Origin: Alphaproteobacteria bacterium
GTDB lineage: Bacteria > Pseudomonadota > Alphaproteobacteria > UBA8366 > GCA-2717185
Direction: 5' to 3'
Length of the DNA: 64,000 nt
NCBI GenBank assembly: GCA_028822585.1
Contig: JAPKDL010000008.1
Location: 1,256 to 65,255, forward strand
Part shown: positions 41,059-49,806 of the stretch, one piece after another
Layout of the letters: each line of letters starts with the position of its first letter
Position numbering within the stretch: the stretch's first letter is position 1
The notes under the pieces: model-generated
Told to the model about the DNA's origin: nothing
What the model saw: only the letters and a program-made list of their open reading frames with translations
Databases searched by the model: none
Made by a program: the position numbers and the translations under genes

Positions 41059-44049
41059 GTGACGGCTGAAGACTCGAACGCGGGTGAACGATTGTCTCTG
41101 ATGATCGACATCGCGCGGTGCACCGGCTGCAAAAGCTGCGAGGTCGCATGCAAACAGGAACACGGGCTGGGCTCCGGCGTATATCGCAACAGGGTGCTGT
41201 GGCTGACGGGGGAAGCCGAAGCCGAAGCCGAAGCTGCGCCGACACCTGCGCCCACGCTCGATTTTCTCAACGTGACCTGCCAGCATTGCGAACGCCCGGC
41301 CTGTCTGCGCGCCTGTCCGGTCAGTCCCAAGGCCCTGTCCAAGGACCCGGTCACCGGCGTCGTCACCGTCAATGAAGACCGTTGCACTGGGTGTGGGGAA
41401 TGCGTTGTCGCGTGCCCTTATGGTGCCATTGGTTACGACCCCATCGACCATCACGCGGTGAAGTGTGATTTATGCGCCGATCGGCGGGCCGAGGGATTGG
41501 GTCCGGCCTGCGCCAGTGTCTGTCCGGGTAAGGCGATCCAGTTCGGCAAACACGATGTTCTCGTGTCCCAGGCGGCGGATTCGGGCCGCTCAGCAGGGGA
41601 ACATGACCCGTTCCTGATGGGACCGGGGACGGTTTACCTGGAACCCCTAAAGGAAGGCCCAGCGTTTTCGCTGGCGGCGTTGGCGCGCCGCAATGGCCCG
41701 GCTTTGATGGACGACCCGGACGCACGTGCCCAGATGGGAACCGATCCGACGGAATTTCCCTATCGCCATGCCCGCGCGGACCGAAAACCCAACCGGGTTG
41801 AAGCTGGTGGATGTGCGCTGTGTTTCAATTGCTGCACCACGAAGTTCCATTTTCGCGACGATAAACTGGTGCGCATTACCGGCAATGAGGAAGACCCGTT
41901 GCTGGAAGGCCGCGTCTGCCCGAAATCGCAATTATCCGTCCAACTTCACACCAGCGACAAAAGACTGACCGAACCCATGAAGCGCGTCGGCAAGCGCGGT
42001 GAGAATAAGTTCGAGCCGATTTCCTGGGATCAGGCGTTGGATGAAATCGCCGAAAAACTAAAGGCGTTGCGCGATAAATACGGCAGCGAGGCCCTCGCGC
42101 TGTTTTCTGGCACGCGGACGGGGATAATGGTTAACCGGGGTTATCTACGGCTGTTCGCGCAAATGTGGGGCACGCCAAACATCGAATCCACCGAAGCGTT
42201 CTGTTCGGCGGGCAAGAACATGGCTTATACCTTGATTCAAGGCGTGGGCGGGTCCGGTAACAGCTATACTGAAGGCGATATGGGCTCCGCCGAAATGTAC
42301 GTGTTCATCGGTGATAATCAGGCTGAAACTCGCCCGGTTTATTTCGGCATGATCAACGATTGGCGCCTGCGCAACGGTGCGCGTATGGTCGCCGTCGACC
42401 CACGCTTTACGGTCACCGCCAGCAAGGCGGATGAATGGTTGGCGATCCGGCCCGGCGCGGATATGGCGCTGGGGTTGGCGTTGATCCACCATATATTCGC
42501 GAACGATTTACACGACGCCGCGTTCTGTGAATCTGATATAATGGGTTGGTCGGAATGGCGCGACTTCGTGCTGGAGAAAAACTACGACGCGGATTGGGCG
42601 GCGCCGATCACTGACCTTCCCGCTGACGCCATCCGCCGTTTGGCGACCGATATCGCCAAAGCGGATGGCTGTGTGATCTTTGGCAGTCGGGGGCTTAATC
42701 AGCATTCCAATTCCTTACAAACCAACCGCGTGTTTATGTTCCTGGCGGCGATGACAGGGAATTGGGGGCGAGCGGGTGGCGCGTATTTCAACGTTGGCGC
42801 CGGGGTGCCGATTGAGGCGAACGCGCCGATGGAGCGTCGCGGCAAGATCGAGCGTCCGAAAATCCAATCCACCCCGGTTGCTTGGGCGGACGCCATCCGC
42901 ACCGGCAAGCCGTACCCGTTGAAAGGCTTGATCACCAGCAATAATCCGCTCGCCATGTGGCCGGACCAGACCAAGGCGCGCGAAGCGTTGGAAAGTTTGG
43001 ATTTGCTGGTCCATGTCGAATTATTCCCGAACGAAACCACGGCCTATGCCGATTATGTTCTACCTGCGGCGACGGGCATCGAAAAAGGCGAAATAGGTCG
43101 GTCTAACGACGACCGGCGCATTGTGTGGATCGATCAAATGATGGACCCGCCGGGCAACGCGAAACCAGACGGGTGGATTTGGACGGAGCTTGGAAAACGA
43201 CTCGGCTTCGACGATGTGATGAAGGAAGAATACAAGGATTCGGCCTTCTTCTGGGACGACGCGTTGATCGACAACGATCATATGCGTGGCGTGACGCAAA
43301 AACGCCTGCACAGTGTGCCCTATCGCTGGGTCCGGTTTCCCGTGGCCGATGAAACCGCGCCGGAAATCGAAACGTTGTATCTAAAAGGCACAACAGCGAT
43401 TGGCAAACCGGAAGGCCATCGTTTCCCCAGCAAAAGCGGCAAGCTTGAATTCTGGTCGCCGGACATGGAGACCAAGTTCAACGGGCTTGGCCTGTCAGCG
43501 TTTCCGGAATTTTATGGGGAGCGGGAACAACTGATTGACGGACCCTACATGGAGTTGCTGGAAGACGACGGCGCCGACGGCGTAATCTCGACTCTGCGCG
43601 CCGAGCCGACGATCAATTCGCCGGGACGAATTGTGCAGCCATCTGAACACGCGCCGGGTCAGGCGCTTCGGGATGCAGGCTATGACACGGAACTGGTGAC
43701 CGGGCGCCCGCCTGCACCGCAATTCCATGCCTGGACCCATTACGCGTGGCAGGCGCAGGAAATGTGGCCTGATTTATATATGCAAATTCACCCGGACAAG
43801 GCGGGCGCGTTGGGTATCGAGGACGGCAAGCGCGTGAAGGTTGAAACGTCCCATGGGGAGATTGAAGCGCGTGCCTGGGTCACCACCGGTATTCGCAAAA
43901 CATCTGTGTTCATCCCCATCGGTTGGGGCGAACAACAGCCGTATCACCCGTGGCGTCCGGTGAATTATCTGACGGACAAGGCGCAACGTGACCCATTGTC
44001 GGGTCAGACGAACCTCAAAACGTATCTATGCCGGGTGTCTCCGGCCTAA
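41059..44049 (+). CDS. Fusion protein: N-terminal four-cluster [4Fe-4S] ferredoxin (DmsB/PsrB/NrfC type) + bis-MGD molybdopterin oxidoreductase catalytic domain; no Tat signal
   Basis: Four Cys groups lie at residues 21-31, 74-86, 109-120 and 136-156. The FS0 motif C252-x2-C-x3-C-x27-C287 follows, with a candidate Mo-ligand Cys in TEAFCSAGKN. Molybdopterin and C-terminal dinucleotide-binding domains complete the protein. GTG start with AAGGA 9 nt upstream. Confidence 0.9.
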   Translation: MTAEDSNAGERLSLMIDIARCTGCKSCEVACKQEHGLGSGVYRNRVLWLTGEAEAEAEAAPTPAPTLDFLNVTCQHCERPACLRACPVSPKALSKDPVTGVVTVNEDRCTGCGECVVACPYGAIGYDPIDHHAVKCDLCADRRAEGLGPACASVCPGKAIQFGKHDVLVSQAADSGRSAGEHDPFLMGPGTVYLEPLKEGPAFSLAALARRNGPALMDDPDARAQMGTDPTEFPYRHARADRKPNRVEAGGCALCFNCCTTKFHFRDDKLVRITGNEEDPLLEGRVCPKSQLSVQLHTSDKRLTEPMKRVGKRGENKFEPISWDQALDEIAEKLKALRDKYGSEALALFSGTRTGIMVNRGYLRLFAQMWGTPNIESTEAFCSAGKNMAYTLIQGVGGSGNSYTEGDMGSAEMYVFIGDNQAETRPVYFGMINDWRLRNGARMVAVDPRFTVTASKADEWLAIRPGADMALGLALIHHIFANDLHDAAFCESDIMGWSEWRDFVLEKNYDADWAAPITDLPADAIRRLATDIAKADGCVIFGSRGLNQHSNSLQTNRVFMFLAAMTGNWGRAGGAYFNVGAGVPIEANAPMERRGKIERPKIQSTPVAWADAIRTGKPYPLKGLITSNNPLAMWPDQTKAREALESLDLLVHVELFPNETTAYADYVLPAATGIEKGEIGRSNDDRRIVWIDQMMDPPGNAKPDGWIWTELGKRLGFDDVMKEEYKDSAFFWDDALIDNDHMRGVTQKRLHSVPYRWVRFPVADETAPEIETLYLKGTTAIGKPEGHRFPSKSGKLEFWSPDMETKFNGLGLSAFPEFYGEREQLIDGPYMELLEDDGADGVISTLRAEPTINSPGRIVQPSEHAPGQALRDAGYDTELVTGRPPAPQFHAWTHYAWQAQEMWPDLYMQIHPDKAGALGIEDGKRVKVETSHGEIEARAWVTTGIRKTSVFIPIGWGEQQPYHPWRPVNYLTDKAQRDPLSGQTNLKTYLCRVSPA
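41212..41235 (+). repeat. In-frame hexanucleotide tandem repeat (GAAGCC)x3 + GAAGCT encoding (EA)4
   Basis: Read directly. It is followed by a Pro/Thr/Ala linker (AAPTPAPT) between Cys group I and II of the ferredoxin domain. Confidence 0.9.
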
Positions 44050-45059
44050 GCTTGGCTGTTTCCGGTCAATCGCCGGACTGCTTCGATGATTGCGGTGGGG
44101 TCGCCTTTGTTCTGCCCGGCGATGTCATGTCCGCTGCCATGAGCGACGGAGGAGAACAGGATCGGACTGCCGATGGACAAACCGGCGGTTCGCCGTGGTG
44201 CCAAAAGCTTGGCTGGGATGTGTCCCTGGTCGTGCAACATGACGACGAAGGCGTCGACATCAGTGCGGCTTAGCATCACGTCCGCGCCGACAGGGCCTTC
44301 GACATTGATGCCCGCGCCGCGTGCAGCTTCAATGGCTGGGGCGACGATGTCCCGGTCTTCATTACCAAACAACCCGTCTTCGCCCGCATGGGGGTTCAAT
44401 CCACCGACGAGTATTTTTGGTGCGCCGTCGCCAATATGGATCAGCGTGTCGTGCACGGCTTGGATGACTGCCTGCACACGATCAAACGTGATGAAGTCTA
44501 ACGACTTCCGGACGCTGGCGTGCAGGGTGCAGTGGGCTATTTTAATCTTGTCGAAGCACAGCATCAAAAATACGTCTTCCGGCGCCAGGCCGGTCTCCCG
44601 CGCGACAAAGGATGGATAACCGTCAAAGTCCACTCCGGTCAGCGCGATGGATTTCTGGTTTTGCGGCGCGGCGACTACTGCTGCCGCCTTTCCATCCAGG
44701 ACCGTCTTGATGGCGGTGGACGCACTATCGAGCGCGGCGAGACCGTTGGCGGCGTTGACCGCACCCAGTTCATAGGGCGCTTTGGTGAATTGGTCCCGCG
44801 CACACAATTTTACGCCCGGCTGGTTCCAATCGAATTGATCCGACGTAACTGCAATGTCAAAATTGATTGGCATGCCACAAGCGTTTGCTTGCAAATTGAG
44901 CACTACGGGGTCGCCAAATAAGACTGGCCGGCATATGTCGGTGAGCGCTGTACTCTGCGCGGCCTTGAGGCAGAGTTCGGGGCCGATCCCGCCAGGATCG
45001 CCCGTGGCGAGCGCCACGATGGGTGGTTCGGTGGTCAAATTTTGAAACTTTCCAGGCAT
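44046..45059 (-). CDS. PdxA-family NAD-dependent dehydrogenase (4-hydroxythreonine-4-phosphate dehydrogenase family; also includes TphB-type diol dehydrogenases)
   Basis: TGDPGGIGPE N-terminal motif, NPHAGE, and SVAHGSGHDIAG metal-binding C-terminus. Confidence 0.85.
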   Translation of the reverse strand: MPGKFQNLTTEPPIVALATGDPGGIGPELCLKAAQSTALTDICRPVLFGDPVVLNLQANACGMPINFDIAVTSDQFDWNQPGVKLCARDQFTKAPYELGAVNAANGLAALDSASTAIKTVLDGKAAAVVAAPQNQKSIALTGVDFDGYPSFVARETGLAPEDVFLMLCFDKIKIAHCTLHASVRKSLDFITFDRVQAVIQAVHDTLIHIGDGAPKILVGGLNPHAGEDGLFGNEDRDIVAPAIEAARGAGINVEGPVGADVMLSRTDVDAFVVMLHDQGHIPAKLLAPRRTAGLSIGSPILFSSVAHGSGHDIAGQNKGDPTAIIEAVRRLTGNSQA

Positions 45060-46027
45060 TCCGGCGCGAATAGGTCTTCCGGCTCCAATTTACGCGCCGA
45101 CAGCCCTTGTTCATGATGAATGCGCAAAAAGACATCAAGCGTATCGCGGTTTTCCGCAAACCCATACGCCCACCAATCTTTGCCAAATGTCTCGATGGTT
45201 TCCTCAACATGGGCGACGAGCCAGGGCAGCATATATTTCATTGCCGCCGTTTCAAAATAATTTTCATGCGCGCGGCGCTTGGATTCCTCGAACGCCTTGA
45301 ACAGCGCCATGGCGACCCAGGGGTGTTTTTCATAGACATCGCGCCGGATGACGACAGTGTGCATGATCGGAAAGATATTTGTCTCGGCGTAATAGGCCTG
45401 TTCGACTTCCTTGTAGTCTGGGAACAATCGCCGGATTGTGCCGGGACGGCTGTCCATGGTCGTGGGCTTGCGCGCCGTGTGCAACGCGTCAATTTCACCA
45501 TCGGCAAGCATTTGCGACAGGGTCTGGCCCGGCCCGATACGGTGGATGTGGAACTTCTCCGGTAATGTGATGGCGAGTTTTTCGTCGCGGTTGGGTTCTT
45601 CTTCGCCGCCGCAATAATATTCCACCGATGCCGCGTCGACGCCGTAATGGTCCGACAGAATGCCGCGAATCCACACCGGCGCGGTCATTTGATATTCCGG
45701 CGTGCCTATCTTGCGGCCAATCAAATCCTGCGGCGTTTCGATGCCGCTTTTGGTGTTCACATAAATGCTGGAATGCCGAAACATGCGTGATGGGAAAACG
45801 GGGATTGCGATAAAGGGCGAATCCTTCAACAACGACACAGTATACGACGACAGCGACATCTCGGCTACGTCAAATTCACGATAGCGCAGCATCCGAAAGA
45901 ACGTCTCTTCAACGGGAAGTGTTTGGTAGATGAGATCTATGCCGTCGGGCGTGACAGTCCCGTCCGCCAAGGATCGGGTGCGGTCATAGTCCCAACACGC
46001 GAGACTCAATTTAAGTCGCTGCGCCAT
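45035..46027 (-). CDS. 4,5-dihydroxyphthalate-decarboxylase-like protein (periplasmic-binding-protein/NMT1-like fold)
   Basis: N-terminus MAQRLKLSLACWDYDRTRSLADGTVTPDGIDL...FFRMLRYREFDVAEMSLSSY matches my recollection of this family. AGGAG lies 10 nt upstream of ATG 46027; the track ORF carries a 56-codon spurious extension. Confidence 0.6.
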   Translation of the reverse strand: MAQRLKLSLACWDYDRTRSLADGTVTPDGIDLIYQTLPVEETFFRMLRYREFDVAEMSLSSYTVSLLKDSPFIAIPVFPSRMFRHSSIYVNTKSGIETPQDLIGRKIGTPEYQMTAPVWIRGILSDHYGVDAASVEYYCGGEEEPNRDEKLAITLPEKFHIHRIGPGQTLSQMLADGEIDALHTARKPTTMDSRPGTIRRLFPDYKEVEQAYYAETNIFPIMHTVVIRRDVYEKHPWVAMALFKAFEESKRRAHENYFETAAMKYMLPWLVAHVEETIETFGKDWWAYGFAENRDTLDVFLRIHHEQGLSARKLEPEDLFAPECLESFKI

Positions 46028-46046
46028 AGTGCGGATCTCCTGAAAA

Positions 46047-47330
46047 TTAAACGGTGAGGGGGTCTGACCCTGGTTCCGGGAACAACCCGTGTTTTGAGCC
46101 TTCGACGAAATTCGTGTCCTTGGGCAATTCGATGGCGACGGAGCGGACCCCTTGATGTTCCGGCGCAAGGCCCTTGAACGGTTCGCCTTTTGCATTGGCG
46201 GTTGCCGCGCGGGTGAGTTCGCTGCGGGCCATTGCGATGCCGGTGTCGGTCAGGCACAAATTTTCCATGGTGCGGTTTTGGATCGAGCCCATGCTTTCCT
46301 GCAAGGACGCGTCCTGCATGGCGATGCCTTCCACGCCGCTATAGGTACGGCCTGCCTTTTGGCCTTCACGATCCATCAGGTAGTCGTTGCGCCTATTGGC
46401 AGTGGGAATGAAAGTGCCGGGCACATAGGTTACATGGATGCCTTTGCCTGCAATCATCGCGGCGCGTTCATCGGCAGTCAAATCGCGGCTGGGGTGGTAA
46501 TTGATGCTCCACGCCCAGCAATTATGATCGTCAATAGGGACCCAGGCGTGCCCGCCAATTGGATGACCGGCGCGGGGGGGGATGAGACTGTACCACGGCA
46601 TGATCCAGGGCGTGATGCGCCAGTAATATTGATCGTTTTCGGCATTGCGTCGCGCCCCGATCAGGATGCCGCCATCGAATGCTTCGGCCTCGAACAAGGG
46701 CATGCGGTCTTCTTCGTTGTACTGATTGCCCTTGGAGCCGGCGAATAGAGGGTCGTTTTGAAGCGCACTGCCGTGCAGCCATGACACATGGCTAGAGTCG
46801 ATGCCGCCTTCCATAGCCTGCAAGTAGTTGCATTCCTGCAGGCGTTTGGAGACGTACAGCTGACCTGGTGAAACTTCGGTCCATTCCAACGCAGGTTCGG
46901 GTGGCCGTTGGCCCGGGGGTCCCATATATGCCCAAATAATTCCCGCTTTTTCTATACAAGGGTATGATTTTAGTTTGATGCGTTCGCGCGTACCGGTACT
47001 GTCGTCTTCAGAAGGAAGATCAACGCACTGGCCGGTCACGTCGTACTTCCAACCGTGATAAGGGCAGCGAATGCCGCATTCTTCGTTCCGCCCATACCAC
47101 AGTGAGACGCCGCGATGCGCACAAAATTCGTCGATCAAGCCTAACTTGCCTTCGGTGTCGCGAAAGGCGATCAAGTTTTCGCCCATCAACCGTGCCCGCA
47201 CTGGGGAACAGTCTGGTTCAGGCAATTCGCTAGACAATAGGAAGGGTGCCCAAAACCGGCGCATGAGACCGCCCATGGGCGTGCCTTGGTCCGTTGAACA
47301 CAGGAATTGGTTACGTTCCTCTGACAGCAT
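46047..47330 (-). CDS. Rieske [2Fe-2S] non-haem-iron oxygenase, alpha subunit of the phthalate-dioxygenase (class IA, alpha-only) type
   Basis: Rieske motif CAHRG-x..-CPYHGWKY and mononuclear iron motif DSSHVSWLH. AGGGGG lies 6 nt upstream of ATG 47330. Confidence 0.85.
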   Translation of the reverse strand: MLSEERNQFLCSTDQGTPMGGLMRRFWAPFLLSSELPEPDCSPVRARLMGENLIAFRDTEGKLGLIDEFCAHRGVSLWYGRNEECGIRCPYHGWKYDVTGQCVDLPSEDDSTGTRERIKLKSYPCIEKAGIIWAYMGPPGQRPPEPALEWTEVSPGQLYVSKRLQECNYLQAMEGGIDSSHVSWLHGSALQNDPLFAGSKGNQYNEEDRMPLFEAEAFDGGILIGARRNAENDQYYWRITPWIMPWYSLIPPRAGHPIGGHAWVPIDDHNCWAWSINYHPSRDLTADERAAMIAGKGIHVTYVPGTFIPTANRRNDYLMDREGQKAGRTYSGVEGIAMQDASLQESMGSIQNRTMENLCLTDTGIAMARSELTRAATANAKGEPFKGLAPEHQGVRSVAIELPKDTNFVEGSKHGLFPEPGSDPLTV

Positions 47331-47465
47331 CCACGACCCCCTATCGTAAATCACAGATCAAAATTTCGTTGATGAAAGCTGCCTTTGTAAAACCCGCGGC
47401 GGGAAGAGTTTGCAAACCCGATGAAATTCAGCTTTCCTTGAGACAGCATTTAACGGGAGAATAAG

Positions 47466-48632
47466 ATGACTCTAAAATCCGCACAAGGCCCATTGGTTGG
47501 CGTAAAAATTATTGAATTGGCGGGGATTGGACCGGGACCTTTATGTTCGGCTCTGCTGGCCGATATGGGGGCGGATATCCTGCGTATCGACCGCCCGGCA
47601 CCCGCCGATATTGGCGGCCCGCGCCCGGCACGTGCCGATGTTGCGCGGCGGGGACGATATTCGGTTTCCGTCGATCTCAAAAATGCGCAGGGTGTGGATA
47701 CAATTTTGCGATTGGCGAAAAATGCCGACGCCATTCTGGATCCGTTCCGGCCCGGCGTGACAGAACGGCTGGGCCTTGGGCCGGATGACGTATTCGCCCG
47801 CAACAAGCGGATCATCTATGGCCGCATGACGGGGTGGGGACAGGACGGTCCGCTCGGCCAGGCGGCGGGGCATGATTTGAACTATCTGGCGATCACCGGT
47901 GTCTTGAACGCCATTGGCCCGAAAGAAATGCCGGTGCCGCCGTTGAACGTGGTCGCCGATATGGGTGGCGGTGCAATGTTCTTGGCGGTAGGCGTGCTTG
48001 CGGGGATTATCGAAGCCCGGCAATCCGGCAAAGGACAAGTGGTGGACGCCGCCATGGTCGAAGGTTCGGCCTATCTGGGCATGGGGCAGTTCGGCATGGT
48101 AGCGACGAATGCGCGCGTCAACGAACGCGCCGCCAATTCGACTGATGGCGGATCGCATTTTTACCGGTGCTATAAAACAAGCGATGACAAATTTGTATCC
48201 ATCGCCTCCATAGAACGAAAATTCTACGCTAATTTGTTGGACAAACTGAATCTGAACCCCGCTGATTTGCCGGAACAGCACGACGAATCGACGTGGCCCG
48301 ATATGGCCACGAAATTTGAAGGCATTTTTCGACAAAAAACTCAAATCGAGTGGACGGAAATCATGGGCGATACCGATATTTGTTACGCCCCGGTGTTGGA
48401 CTTCGAGGAAGCACCGAGACATCCGCACAATGTTGCGCGCGGTAATTTCGTCGAAGTGGATGGCGTGGTGCAGCCGCGTCCCGCGCCCCGGTTCAGCCGT
48501 ACGCCATCCGCAGTGCAATCCGCGCCACCGGTCGTCGGCGCCGACACGCGCACAGGTTTGGCATCCTGGGGCTTCAGTGACAGCGAGATAGATGAACTGG
48601 AAGCCCGAAAAGCGATTGGCTGGCAAGGTTAA
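47466..48632 (+). CDS. Family III CoA-transferase (alpha-methylacyl-CoA racemase-like)
   Basis: GVKIIELAGIGPGPLC..DMGADILRIDR, DPFRPGVTERLG. GGGAGAA lies upstream of the ATG. Confidence 0.9.
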   Translation: MTLKSAQGPLVGVKIIELAGIGPGPLCSALLADMGADILRIDRPAPADIGGPRPARADVARRGRYSVSVDLKNAQGVDTILRLAKNADAILDPFRPGVTERLGLGPDDVFARNKRIIYGRMTGWGQDGPLGQAAGHDLNYLAITGVLNAIGPKEMPVPPLNVVADMGGGAMFLAVGVLAGIIEARQSGKGQVVDAAMVEGSAYLGMGQFGMVATNARVNERAANSTDGGSHFYRCYKTSDDKFVSIASIERKFYANLLDKLNLNPADLPEQHDESTWPDMATKFEGIFRQKTQIEWTEIMGDTDICYAPVLDFEEAPRHPHNVARGNFVEVDGVVQPRPAPRFSRTPSAVQSAPPVVGADTRTGLASWGFSDSEIDELEARKAIGWQG

Positions 48633-48638
48633 GGGGAC

Positions 48639-49781
48639 GTGGATTTCGATTTCAATGACGAACAGCGGGAAATTCGTGATCTGATTCGGCGTGTCGCGGT
48701 GGACAAGATTGCGCCGCGCGCTCGTGAGATCGACGCCTCGGCGGAATATCCCCAGGATATGTTTGATTTGTTGCGGGAACTGGGCCTGTTCACATTGCCG
48801 TTTCCCGCTGAATTCAACGGATCGAACTCCATGTTGTCCGCCTGCGTTGCGGTCGAGGAATTGGCGCGGGTTTGCTACAATACGGCTTACCTTCTTGTCG
48901 TTCAGTGGACGCCTTTTGGCGCGATTTTAGCGGGAGGGACGGACGCGCAGAAGCAACGCTATTTGCCAGGTCTGGCATCGGGGGCATTGCGCGCAGCGTT
49001 TTCCCTGACCGAACCGCAAAGCGGATCGGATGTAGCTGGCATTCAAACCCGTGCCGAGCGTTGCGATGGAGGGTATCGCCTAAACGGCGGCAAAATCTGG
49101 TGTACGAATTCACCAGTGTCCGATTTCATCTTGGTCGCGGCGAAGTCAGGCGGAGAGGCCGCGCGTGGCGTCATTAACTTCTTTATTGTTGAACCCGGCA
49201 TGGAGGGGTTTGAGATCGGCGCCAAGGAAGACAAGATGGGCGCGCGTGGCATTCCATCCTGCGCCTTGTTTTTTGACGATGTGTTCGTACCGGAAGAAAA
49301 CCGGTTGGGCCCCGAAGGCGCTGGCTTCAAGATTGTCATGGAGGCGCTGAACCTGTCACGGCCCATCATTGGTGCGCGCGGGGTTGGGTTGGCCCAGGGC
49401 GCGATGGATCACGCGACCCAGTTCGTCAAAAACCGCCAGGCATTCGGCCAGACGGTCAGCGACTTCCAAGGCGTTCGGTGGATGCTGGCGGATATGGCGA
49501 TTCAGACCGAAGCCGCGCGTAATCTGGTGTACAAAGCCGCCGCTGCAGTTGACGCGGGCGTGCGCGGACCGGAATTGGGATCGATGTCCGCCATCGCAAA
49601 ATGCCACGCGACCGACACCGCGATGGCGGTTGCGGAAAACGCCGTGCAATTGTTTGGCGCGGCGGGTATTTCCAACGAATATCCTATCAACCGGTATTTT
49701 CGTGATGCCAAGGTTTTACAAATTGTCGAAGGCACCAACCAAATACAACGCAACATAATTTCGCGGACATTGTTGAAGTAA
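48639..49781 (+). CDS. Acyl-CoA dehydrogenase
   Basis: Canonical ACAD layout (LTEPQSGSD, CTNSP, C-terminal IVEGTNQIQRNII with catalytic Glu). The GTG start is 6 nt after the upstream stop. Confidence 0.9.
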   Translation: MDFDFNDEQREIRDLIRRVAVDKIAPRAREIDASAEYPQDMFDLLRELGLFTLPFPAEFNGSNSMLSACVAVEELARVCYNTAYLLVVQWTPFGAILAGGTDAQKQRYLPGLASGALRAAFSLTEPQSGSDVAGIQTRAERCDGGYRLNGGKIWCTNSPVSDFILVAAKSGGEAARGVINFFIVEPGMEGFEIGAKEDKMGARGIPSCALFFDDVFVPEENRLGPEGAGFKIVMEALNLSRPIIGARGVGLAQGAMDHATQFVKNRQAFGQTVSDFQGVRWMLADMAIQTEAARNLVYKAAAAVDAGVRGPELGSMSAIAKCHATDTAMAVAENAVQLFGAAGISNEYPINRYFRDAKVLQIVEGTNQIQRNIISRTLLK

Positions 49782-49806
49782 CCGCTAAAGCAAGGAGAGC
49801 AAAACC

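Noticed and set aside
41059-44049. Selenocysteine recoding in the molybdoenzyme
   Set aside because: The ORF is continuous with no in-frame TGA. The predicted Mo ligand position is a Cys codon.
47541-48626. 361-aa ORF antisense to the CoA-transferase at 47466-48632
   Set aside because: The reason is the same as above. It has no recognisable domain and an Arg-rich composition, and the sense strand has unambiguous family III CoA-transferase motifs.
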